Source: an uncultured Clostridia bacterium (GTDB lineage: Bacteria > Bacillota > Clostridia > Christensenellales > UBA1242). From it: a DNA stretch of 64,000 bases. The stretch is taken from positions 6,512 through 70,511 of the forward strand of contig CALVZQ010000001.1 of the NCBI GenBank assembly GCA_944372585.1, in the 5' to 3' direction. The notes below the pieces were generated by a model, which saw nothing but the letters and a program-made list of their open reading frames with translations, had not been told where the DNA came from and did no database searches. Position numbers and translations under genes: made by a program. Positions 28,298-38,654 of the stretch are shown here, in pieces (position 1 is the first letter of the stretch; each line of letters opens with the position of its first letter).

Positions 28298-28627
28298 TTA
28301 TTCATCTCTTTCCTCAACTTGCAAATTTAAATTATGTGCTTTCACTCTTTCTTTTCCACGAGCAAATTTAAAATCTTCAACTTTTGTGACTTCATCTAAG
28401 CAGTCAAACATATATATCAATTCTTCAATGCAAATCTTGACATCAGCGATTTCTTCAATCATGTCCTTCATCAATTTTTTCTCTTCTTCTTTGGAGCAAG
28501 CATTGATTTTGCGTTTATATTTGCAGATGGCTTTTGTAAGTTCGCTCATCTCTTCAATGGCAAAATTCAGTTGTGCATCAGCACCAAATGCGTCCAAAAA
28601 ATCTTTGTAATAATGTTCTTCTCTCAT
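28298..28627 (-). CDS. MazG-like all-alpha nucleoside triphosphate pyrophosphohydrolase-type small protein
   Basis: 109 aa. Paired acidic motifs [11 protein letters not shown] (ExxE) and [15 protein letters not shown] (ExxD). A TAGGAGT RBS overlaps the gyrB stop. Confidence 0.55.
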   Translation of the reverse strand: MREEHYYKDFLDAFGADAQLNFAIEEMSELTKAICKYKRKINACSKEEEKKLMKDMIEEIADVKICIEELIYMFDCLDEVTKVEDFKFARGKERVKAHNLNLQVEERDE

Positions 28628-28636
28628 CGCTGACTC

Positions 28637-30672
<2,036 letters not shown>

Positions 30673-30764
30673 TATATAGGGAGAAAAAACAATTTGTTTG
30701 GTGCATATTTTTGCTAAAATTTTGACAAAAGTTAGTCCATCAAATACAAATATTTGTCTTGATG

Positions 30765-30793
30765 TTGACAAAGGGAAAAAAGCATGATATAAC
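30765..30793 (+). promoter_or_regulatory. promoter of the Fic-domain gene
   Basis: TTGACA, 17 nt, TATAAC, with an upstream TG. Confidence 0.5.
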
Positions 30794-30812
30794 ATTTATA
30801 TCAGAGGAAAAA

Positions 30813-31952
30813 ATGAAACCAATAAAGATTAAACAATTTTTAAAACAAGAAGCTCAAGAAAGACTGGCATTTAATCGCAGATTCGGGCGCGTAATCCAAA
30901 ATTTGAGTGGGGAAGGTGTTGAACCTTGGGATCTTTACAGAGACAAAATCGCTGTCTTTGTCAACGGAAAAGCAAAGAAGGGGCACAAATTTTCAAGTTT
31001 CTATTGTTTTAAAGAAAGAGATTACACTCAACTTAACATGATTTTAAATAGAATAAATCAAAAAATTGAAAATGTAAGGAAAACAATAAGCAGAGGAAAG
31101 AAAGTCGACAAAGTTGAAGACATTATGCGCGGAGTCATTTATGACGTAAACAAAAATCAAGAGAGTGAATGTTACAAAGCAAATCAACTCTACAAAAAAT
31201 ATGTCAAAAAGCATGTAAAAGAAATCTTTGAATATTTTCAAAAAAAGCCATTTGATTCTCGAGAATGTTCTCAGTTGTGGCTTCAAGCATACAGAGAAAT
31301 TGTTTGTCAGCCAGAATTTGTTGATTTTAGTGATTTGATAAAGGCCAATTATTTGACTTTCAACACTGCGTTTCAATATATTTTTGACTATGGTTATTTC
31401 AAACGTCATTCCAAAGCCTCAGCTGAGGAGTTTTTGGATTTTATTCACAACACCTATGCATTGGCTTCAAATAATGAATATACGAAATATAGAGATTGCA
31501 CAGCAAGAATTAGAAATGGAAACTGGCTTCCAGTGAGCCAAGAAAACATCAGTCAAAGTATAGAAATTTTGACCGATTGGTTTGCAAATGATTATGAAAG
31601 CCAAAAACTTAATCCAATCGAAAGAGCTTGTATTATGCATTGTGAACTTGTCAGGATTCAAGCATTTCCTGATGGAAATCACAGACTTGCGAGACTGATT
31701 GCAAATGAAACATTGATTGAGGCGGATTTTCCGTCAATTTCCATTGATTTTGAAAGACGTAAAGAATATAACGAAGCAACAAACAAGGCTATTGAAACTC
31801 ATGAAATCGATGATTTGATTGATATTTACTATGAACAGGTTTACAAAAATGCGTTGAAAATTGATAGATGTCTTGATGGATTGGTAAAAAGTTTGCCAGA
31901 AGACACCAAAAAGACCAAAAAAGTGACAGATGAAAGAGAAAAACAACCATAA
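30813..31952 (+). CDS. Fic-domain protein with a degenerate active-site motif
   Basis: The Fic core reads QAFPDGNHRLAR against the consensus HxFx(D/E)GNGRxxR. Start moved to the ATG with an AGAGGA RBS. Confidence 0.7.
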   Translation: MKPIKIKQFLKQEAQERLAFNRRFGRVIQNLSGEGVEPWDLYRDKIAVFVNGKAKKGHKFSSFYCFKERDYTQLNMILNRINQKIENVRKTISRGKKVDKVEDIMRGVIYDVNKNQESECYKANQLYKKYVKKHVKEIFEYFQKKPFDSRECSQLWLQAYREIVCQPEFVDFSDLIKANYLTFNTAFQYIFDYGYFKRHSKASAEEFLDFIHNTYALASNNEYTKYRDCTARIRNGNWLPVSQENISQSIEILTDWFANDYESQKLNPIERACIMHCELVRIQAFPDGNHRLARLIANETLIEADFPSISIDFERRKEYNEATNKAIETHEIDDLIDIYYEQVYKNALKIDRCLDGLVKSLPEDTKKTKKVTDEREKQP

Positions 31953-31968
31953 TTATGGTTGTTTTTTG
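31941..31968 (+). terminator. rho-independent terminator
   Basis: 10-bp stem aaacaaccat/atggttgttt followed by a T-run. The stop codon lies in the loop. Confidence 0.75.
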
Positions 31969-32033
31969 TTAAAATTTGAATTAAACACTTGACAAAGGGA
32001 ATATAGATAATATATAATAATAGAGTCTGATGA

Positions 32034-32110
<77 letters not shown>

Positions 32111-32176
32111 ATTTAAAAAATCGTTATATTTTCAAAATTGAATTTATAACGATTTTTTGTTTTTTAGGAGATTTCC

Positions 32177-32845
32177 ATGGTTGTCAAAATTTGCGCAAAC
32201 AGGAGCATTGAAGATGCTCAAATGTGTTTAGATGCAGGTGCAGATGTCATTGGCTTGCTGGTTGGACAAAAACATAACAGCGTAGATTTTATAGACAAAT
32301 TTAAGGCAAAGGAGATTGCTGATTTTGTAGGTGGCAGGTGTGATGTTTCTATGGTGACACACCTAACCAATGCTGATGAAATTATTTCTTTGTCAAGGTT
32401 CATTGGGAACAACATCATTCAACTTCACTCTGACATTTCAGAAAAGGAAGTTGAAAAAATTGTGAAAGCATTGCCAAATGTGAAGTTGGTCAGACTTATT
32501 CATGTTTTCAAATCTGGAGAAGATCTCACTGACATTTCGAAAATTAAATATGCTGATTATTTTTTGCTTGACAGTTTCAATCAGAAAACCGACCAAGTTG
32601 GAGGCACAGGACTGACACACGATTGGAATGTGAGCCGAGAGATTATTAAGTCTTTAAACAAACCATGTTTTCTGGCAGGTGGGCTGAATCCAGATAATGT
32701 CTGTGAAGCGATAAAAGCAACAGAACCTTATGGTGTTGATGTCAACAGTGGTTGTAAGTCAATCAATGCAAATGGAGTGAGCAAAAAGGATCCTCTCAAA
32801 GTGAAGCAGTTCGTGGAGAATGCAAAGAATTGTTGCAAAAAATAA
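32177..32845 (+). CDS. trpF: phosphoribosylanthranilate isomerase-like (TrpF family) TIM-barrel protein
   Basis: KICANRSIEDAQMCLDAGADVIGLL N-terminus, and GGTGLTHDW...FLAGGLNPDNV phosphate-binding region. Confidence 0.7.
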   Translation: MVVKICANRSIEDAQMCLDAGADVIGLLVGQKHNSVDFIDKFKAKEIADFVGGRCDVSMVTHLTNADEIISLSRFIGNNIIQLHSDISEKEVEKIVKALPNVKLVRLIHVFKSGEDLTDISKIKYADYFLLDSFNQKTDQVGGTGLTHDWNVSREIIKSLNKPCFLAGGLNPDNVCEAIKATEPYGVDVNSGCKSINANGVSKKDPLKVKQFVENAKNCCKK

Positions 32846-32876
32846 AACATATCATTTTTGATATGTTTTTTGTTTT

Positions 32877-33689
32877 TTAAATAATCAAAGTGCTTATTAA
32901 GCAAAAAAATGCCACAAAGAACGCCAGGTGGTCGAAATTGCTTTTTACAAAGGCAGTCAGCCCAACGTAAACACAATAAATCAATGCTCCAACTGAGAAA
33001 AGAATGTTTGTCAAACTGAAAGAGAACAAAAGCACTGTGGCAATTTGTCCGACAATTATTCCTATTGCAAGAAACATAAGAAAATAACTTAATGCATCAT
33101 ATGGATTAATTGTTTTCTTGATTATTAAAAGCAAGAACAATAGCGCACAGGCAAGGGCGACACCAATTAAAAATCCATAAAATGTTTCCATGCCAATATA
33201 AACACCAGCAAGCCCCAAGCAAACCGAAGTCATCACCATTGCAACTGATTTCAAGAGAAGACCATTGCTGTTTAAAAAGTGGTGTTTTGATTCTTTTTTC
33301 TTCTTTTTGTTGTCATCGGGGGAAGTCTCTTCCGGAATATTTAAATTTTCGATTTCTGTGATTTCAGCAATATTTGTTTCTTTGTTTTCTTCTGTTGTGA
33401 TTGCTTTGGTTTTCAAATATTCTGATAAGTCAAACAGAGAGATAAATTGTGGAACAATTGCCAATATCAGAAAGACGGTGTATCCAGAAAAATTGTTTTT
33501 GAAATTTCCAGCAACCAAGCTCAAACAAACGAGTGCAATCAGCGACAATGTTTGCAACAAGAAAAACAATGTCTTATTCTTTTTGGAGAAGCAGACACTG
33601 ACAGCCAAGATTGTTGTTGCAACAAACATACAGATTAGGGCACCCAGTAACATGTTTTTATTATAAACAAAAATTTTTAAATTGTCCAA
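32877..33689 (-). CDS. hypothetical polytopic membrane protein
   Basis: About 7 hydrophobic helices with a central charged loop (EETSPDDNKKKKKESKHH). Confidence 0.6.
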   Translation of the reverse strand: MDNLKIFVYNKNMLLGALICMFVATTILAVSVCFSKKNKTLFFLLQTLSLIALVCLSLVAGNFKNNFSGYTVFLILAIVPQFISLFDLSEYLKTKAITTEENKETNIAEITEIENLNIPEETSPDDNKKKKKESKHHFLNSNGLLLKSVAMVMTSVCLGLAGVYIGMETFYGFLIGVALACALLFLLLIIKKTINPYDALSYFLMFLAIGIIVGQIATVLLFSFSLTNILFSVGALIYCVYVGLTAFVKSNFDHLAFFVAFFCLISTLII

Positions 33690-33732
33690 TAAATATATGA
33701 TTTTCCATTTTTATTGATCATGTTTCATCATG

Positions 33733-33765
33733 AAAAAAGAAAAAATCACAGATTTTTCTGTGATT
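33733..33765 (-). terminator. rho-independent terminator
   Basis: Stem aatcacaga/tctgtgatt followed (on the minus strand) by a T-run. Confidence 0.65.
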
Positions 33766-33921
33766 TTATTTTTTGAATGTCAAAATAACTCCAAAATTTG
33801 GTGTTCCACAGGTTGAAACGAGTGAAAAACCTTGTTTTTCCATTTCATTGCATTTTTCTTCAATCAGTTTGGCCCTTTTTGAGATGTTTGCAGTTTTTTT
33901 GATAATTTCTGTTTTATACAT
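33766..33921 (-). CDS. small hypothetical protein (51 aa), below the ORF-track cutoff
   Basis: Hand translation: MYKTEIIKKTANISKRAKLIEEKCNEMEKQGFSLVSTCGTPNFGVILTFKK. Followed by a terminator. Sits 15 nt downstream of glnS. Confidence 0.4.
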   Translation of the reverse strand: MYKTEIIKKTANISKRAKLIEEKCNEMEKQGFSLVSTCGTPNFGVILTFKK

Positions 33922-33936
33922 TTTTCCCTCTCTAAA

Positions 33937-35637
33937 TTAGTTTTGTTTTGGCATCTTGAAACCATCTTTCAATGATATTGTGAAATTGAAGATCATGTTT
34001 TCTGGGGTGGAGTCTTTGTCAACGCAATAATAACCCTTTCTCATGAATTGGAATTTGTCCTCAGGTTTTGCATCTTTCAAGAAGTTTTCTGCAAGCGCTG
34101 TCCTTTCTGTGAGAGAATTTGGTTCCAAAAGTTCGTCAATTGAAACACCATCTGCAAGGGCTTTTGCGGGGCTTTTATATTCGCTTTTGACAAGATTTTT
34201 AAATTCTCTGACTGTGATTTTGAAGCAGTTGTCAGCGGAAACAAAGTGGATTGTCCCTTTGCATTTGATTCCAGAGTTGTCTTGTCCACTCTTAGTGCCA
34301 GGAATATATTCACATTCCAAATGGTCAATTTCACCATTTTCATCAAAGATAACTTTGTTACATTTGATGATGTAAGCACCTTTCAAACGAACAATTCCGC
34401 CTTCAACAAGACGATTATATTTTGGTGGTGGATTCAAACTGAAATCTTCTTTTTCGATGTAGATTTCTTTGCTGAAACGAGCCTTATGAGTTCCAGCATT
34501 TTCATCGTTTGGATTGTTGTCAAGTTCAATTTCTTCACTGCCTTCATAGTTTGTTATGATAACTTTCAATGGATCAAGAACAGCCATTGCACGGGTGGCA
34601 ATTTTGTTTAAATCTTCACGAACATAATATTCCAATGCAGAGAATGGAACAGTCACTTCAATTGTGCTTCCCCAGCCAACGGACTTGACAAAATCTTTGA
34701 CAGCTTTTGCTGTGTAACCTCTTCTTCTTATGCCAACAAGTGTCGGAAATCTTGGATCGTCCCAACCGCTGACAGCACCACTGTTCACAAGTTGTTTCAA
34801 ATATCTTTTTCCAGTCAAGACATTTTCAATGACAAGACGGCTGAACTCTCTTTGCTTTGGAGCATATTTTTTGCCCCAACCATGTTCAACAAACCATTCA
34901 TAGACAACTCTATGGTCTTGGAAGCCTTTGTCACATAAGCTGTAGGTTGTTCCTTCAAGACAGTCTTCCATTGGGTGAACAAAGTCATATTGTGGCCAAA
35001 TGCACCACTTGTCACCAACGCGATAGTGATGTTGTCTTGCAATTTTGTACATAACCGGATCACGCATATTGATGTTAGGGTGTGCCATATCAATTTTAGC
35101 ACGCAAGGTTTTGCTTCCGTCTGGATATTTTCCATCACGCATTTCCCTGAACAATTTCAAGTTTTCTTCTGGTGTTCTGTTGCGGTATGGACTTTCTTTT
35201 CCAGGTTCTGTCAATGTTCCTCTTGTGGCAGAAACTTCTTCAGCAGAAAGGTCACAAACATACGAATCACCATTCATAATCATTTTTTCGGCAATTTTGT
35301 AGATGTCATCAAAATATGATTCACTTGCATAAACAAGCGCTTCAGGTTTGAAACCAAGCCATTCAAGGTCAGCCATATAGCTGTCAGCAAATTCTCCATC
35401 TTCTTTTGTTGGATTGGAGTCGTCCATACGCAAATATGTCTTTCCGCCAAACTTTTGTGCGGTTTCAAAGTTGATTGTCCATGCTTTGACATGCCCAATA
35501 TACCAATAGCCACTTGGTTCTGGTGGACAACGTGTTACAACTTCTTTTGTTCTTCCTGCTTTTATGTCCGCAATTATTTCTTCTTCCAATTCATTTTCTG
35601 GAACAATTTTGTCAATGTCTATATTTTTTAAACTCAT
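33937..35637 (-). CDS. glnS: glutamine--tRNA ligase
   Basis: RCPPEPSGYWYIGHVKA (HIGH region) and LRMDDSNPTKEDGEFADSYMADLEWLGF closely parallel GlnRS. It has the C-terminal anticodon-binding beta-barrel length (566 aa). Confidence 0.85.
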   Translation of the reverse strand: MSLKNIDIDKIVPENELEEEIIADIKAGRTKEVVTRCPPEPSGYWYIGHVKAWTINFETAQKFGGKTYLRMDDSNPTKEDGEFADSYMADLEWLGFKPEALVYASESYFDDIYKIAEKMIMNGDSYVCDLSAEEVSATRGTLTEPGKESPYRNRTPEENLKLFREMRDGKYPDGSKTLRAKIDMAHPNINMRDPVMYKIARQHHYRVGDKWCIWPQYDFVHPMEDCLEGTTYSLCDKGFQDHRVVYEWFVEHGWGKKYAPKQREFSRLVIENVLTGKRYLKQLVNSGAVSGWDDPRFPTLVGIRRRGYTAKAVKDFVKSVGWGSTIEVTVPFSALEYYVREDLNKIATRAMAVLDPLKVIITNYEGSEEIELDNNPNDENAGTHKARFSKEIYIEKEDFSLNPPPKYNRLVEGGIVRLKGAYIIKCNKVIFDENGEIDHLECEYIPGTKSGQDNSGIKCKGTIHFVSADNCFKITVREFKNLVKSEYKSPAKALADGVSIDELLEPNSLTERTALAENFLKDAKPEDKFQFMRKGYYCVDKDSTPENMIFNFTISLKDGFKMPKQN

Positions 35638-35752
35638 TCGTTTCTCCTGATAATTATTTATTAACCACTATTTTAAGTGGTTTTTCGTCCAAAAGTCAAG
35701 TGAATAGGAGGTGAATGTGGATATATCTGGATATATAAAAAAATAAAAACCG

Positions 35753-36379
35753 TTATAAACGGTTCAATTTTTCTCTCAGTTTGGTTTTAATTCGTGTCAA
35801 ACTGTTGTCAATGCTTTTGTTGCTGATTCCCAAAACACTGGAAATTTCTTTGTAGGAATAACCTTTCAGATACAGTTGCAGGACCTTGTATTCCATCTCT
35901 GACAAACTGGATTTGATTGTCTGTTTCAGATTTTGATAATTTTCCTTGTCTATGACCTTTTCTGCTGGGGTGGAGTCTGACACGAGTTCTACGGGCAAAA
36001 AATCAATGTTTTCTGACGATTTTCCATCTTGGAAACTTTGAAAAGAAATTGCCGATGATAAGGGTTTGTTTTTGTTTGTATTTGCTCTTTTTATTGCCGT
36101 TTGTATTTGATGTTTGATGCAAATTATGGCGAAAGTCTTGAAAGTTGTCTCTTTGTGACCGCTGTAGCCCTTTATGGCTTTGTAAAGACCAATCATGCCT
36201 TCTTGCACCAAATCTTCCAAATCTCCGCCAACAATGAAATATCCACGGCTGATTTTTGTGACCAAATCTTTGTATCTTGCAAAGATTTCATTCTCAGCCT
36301 TATCATCTCCATTTTTGATTCTTTCCAACAATTCTTCGTCTGTTAAATTTTTTATGTCTGTCAAAGTGTTTCCTCTCAA
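35753..36379 (-). CDS. sigH: RNA polymerase sigma factor, SigH-like
   Basis: Sigma-70 region 2 (DLVQEGMIGLYKAIKGY) and region 4 HTH (YKEISSVLGISNKSIDNSLTRIK). Conserved mrnC-rlmB-sigH order. Non-ATG (TTG) start, exact start uncertain. Confidence 0.8.
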   Translation of the reverse strand: MRGNTLTDIKNLTDEELLERIKNGDDKAENEIFARYKDLVTKISRGYFIVGGDLEDLVQEGMIGLYKAIKGYSGHKETTFKTFAIICIKHQIQTAIKRANTNKNKPLSSAISFQSFQDGKSSENIDFLPVELVSDSTPAEKVIDKENYQNLKQTIKSSLSEMEYKVLQLYLKGYSYKEISSVLGISNKSIDNSLTRIKTKLREKLNRL

Positions 36380-37098
36380 TTTTCTCTTTGTCTCAAAATT
36401 TCGTAAACAACAAGTGCAGTTGCCACACTTGCGTTCAAAGAATTGACACTCCCTTTAAGTGGGAGGGTGACAATTCCATCGCAATATGTTCTTATTGATT
36501 GTTTGACTCCGTTGCCTTCACTTCCAATGACAACTCCAATAGGTCCTGTTAAGTTTTGTTTGTAGATGTTCTCTCCACCAGTTTCTGAAACATAAATCCA
36601 AAGACCAGCATCTTTGAGTTTGTCAATGGCTTCTTTAAGGTTTGTAACTCGGCAAATTCTCATGTTTGAAATTGCACCAGCACTTGTTCTGACAACTGTC
36701 TCATTAACTTGACAGGCTCTAACTTTTGGAATGATGATTCCGTCAACTCCGGCACACTCGCAAGTTCTGATGATTGCACCAAGGTTGTGTGGGTCTTCAA
36801 TTCCGTCAAGCAAAACAACAAAAGCATCATGTCCTTGAGTTTTTGCATGATTCAATATGTCTTCAATGCTGCAATATTCAAAGTCTACTGTTTCTGCTAT
36901 GTATCCCTGATGATGTCCTGTTTCACTTATGCTGTCCATTGCTTTTTTAGGCATAAATTCCACACGCAGTTTTCCTTTTTTTGCAAGAGAGATGACATCA
37001 TCTTTTCTTGTCATATAATTTTTGTCGACAATGATTTTGTTGATTGTGACATCGTTTTTGATTGCTTCAATGACTTGATTTTTGCCTTCAATTTTCAT
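36376..37098 (-). CDS. rlmB: 23S rRNA (guanosine-2'-O)-methyltransferase RlmB (SpoU/TrmH family)
   Basis: SpoU motifs: LDGIEDPHNLGAIIRT, IGSEGNGV, LNASVATALVVYE. Confidence 0.85.
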   Translation of the reverse strand: MKIEGKNQVIEAIKNDVTINKIIVDKNYMTRKDDVISLAKKGKLRVEFMPKKAMDSISETGHHQGYIAETVDFEYCSIEDILNHAKTQGHDAFVVLLDGIEDPHNLGAIIRTCECAGVDGIIIPKVRACQVNETVVRTSAGAISNMRICRVTNLKEAIDKLKDAGLWIYVSETGGENIYKQNLTGPIGVVIGSEGNGVKQSIRTYCDGIVTLPLKGSVNSLNASVATALVVYEILRQREN

Positions 37099-37480
37099 CT
37101 TTTACCTCATTTTCTTGAATTGACAGCATCAAAATTTCTTTTAGTCTGTCTTTTTTGTTGTTCAGATACAAATATCCAACAAGTGCTTCAAAAGCAGTGG
37201 ACTTTTTGTAAGTCTCTTCATCAAAATTCTTTGCAGAGTGTTTGCTTTTGCAATTTCTCGCTTTTCTCACAATGTCTTTTTCATCATCAGAAAGAATAGG
37301 TTGCAATTTTTCAAGAGTTTCCTGTTGTTTTTTTGCATTACAGAATTTTTTTGCAAGATTGTGATAGTTGTTTATTTTGTTGAGATTTCCCTTCAAAACT
37401 TCCTCTCTGACAAAAGCGGTATGCACTGCATCTCCCATGAAAGCCAAAGCAAGAGGGGACAATTGGTCAATTTTACTCAT
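37088..37480 (-). CDS. mrnC: mini-ribonuclease 3
   Basis: LALAFMGDAVHTAFVRE RNase III-like signature. 130 aa. Position upstream of rlmB. Confidence 0.8.
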   Translation of the reverse strand: MSKIDQLSPLALAFMGDAVHTAFVREEVLKGNLNKINNYHNLAKKFCNAKKQQETLEKLQPILSDDEKDIVRKARNCKSKHSAKNFDEETYKKSTAFEALVGYLYLNNKKDRLKEILMLSIQENEVKDEN

Positions 37481-37502
37481 AATTTTTCCTTAAACTCATT
37501 GA

Positions 37503-38597
37503 TTAGTTGTTAAAACGGAACAAGATCACATCGCCATCTTGAACAACATAATCTTTTCCTTCCATTCTGACTTTCCCTTTTTCTTTTGCTTTCAAAAAAC
37601 TGCCTGCTTCAACAAGGTCGTCATAACTTACAACTTCTGCTTTGATGAATCCTTTTTCAAAGTCGGTGTGAATTTTTCCAGCGGCGGCAGGGGTTTTTGT
37701 CCCTTTGACGATTGTCCAAGCACGAACTTCTTTTTCACCAGCAGTCAAATAACTTTGAAGTCCAAGCAAATCATAACTTGCCATAACAAGTTTTTCAAGA
37801 CCGCTTTCTTTGATTCCAAGTTCTTCTTTGAACATATCTCTTTCATCTTTGTCTAGGCCGACGATTTCTTCTTCAATTTTTGCAGAAAGAACGACAACTT
37901 TTGCTCCTTCTTCTTTGGCGATTTCTTTGACTTGTTTGACATAATCGCAATCTGGTTTTCCAATGTCATCCTCGCTGATATTTGCAACATAGATGACCGG
38001 TTTTGCTGTCAAAAGAGAAAAGTTTTTTAAGAGTTTTTTCTCTTCATCTGAATACTCCAAAATTCTTGCTTGCTTCCCAACTTCCAATGCCTCTTTGATT
38101 TTTGTCAACATATCAACTGTCAAAATCAAAGATTTGTCGCCAGTGGTTTTGACAAGTTTGGCATTCTTTTCCAAGATTTTGTTGACTTGTTCAAGGTCAG
38201 AGAGTGCCAATTCCATTTCGATTGTCTCAATGTCACGTTTTGGGTCAATGCTTCCACTCACATGAATGATTTTGTCGTTGTCAAAACATCTCACAACATG
38301 AACAATTGCGTCAACTTCACGAATATGACTCAGGAATTTGTTTCCAAGTCCTTCTCCGTGACTTGCTCCGGCAACGAGTCCTGCAATATCAACAAATTCG
38401 ATGCTTGCAGGAGTGATTTTTTGTGTGTGATACATCTCTCCCAAAACTTGTAATCTTTTGTCTGGGACATCAACAATTCCAATGTTTGGTTCGATAGTGC
38501 AAAAAGGATAGTTGGCACTTTCAGCGCCAGCTTCTGTGATTGCATTAAAAAGTGAACTTTTGCCAACATTTGGCAAACCTACAACACCAATTTTCAT
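37503..38597 (-). CDS. ychF: redox-regulated ATPase YchF
   Basis: G1 GLPNVGKSSLFNA, DIAGLV, C-terminal TGS/YchF domain (RAWTIVKGTKTPAAAGKIHTDFEKGFI). Start at the M with a GGAGAA RBS. Confidence 0.9.
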   Translation of the reverse strand: MKIGVVGLPNVGKSSLFNAITEAGAESANYPFCTIEPNIGIVDVPDKRLQVLGEMYHTQKITPASIEFVDIAGLVAGASHGEGLGNKFLSHIREVDAIVHVVRCFDNDKIIHVSGSIDPKRDIETIEMELALSDLEQVNKILEKNAKLVKTTGDKSLILTVDMLTKIKEALEVGKQARILEYSDEEKKLLKNFSLLTAKPVIYVANISEDDIGKPDCDYVKQVKEIAKEEGAKVVVLSAKIEEEIVGLDKDERDMFKEELGIKESGLEKLVMASYDLLGLQSYLTAGEKEVRAWTIVKGTKTPAAAGKIHTDFEKGFIKAEVVSYDDLVEAGSFLKAKEKGKVRMEGKDYVVQDGDVILFRFNN

Positions 38598-38654
38598 AAA
38601 TTCTCCATAGTAATTTGGAGAGATGTTTTTCACCTCTCCGTTTTTACATCAATT

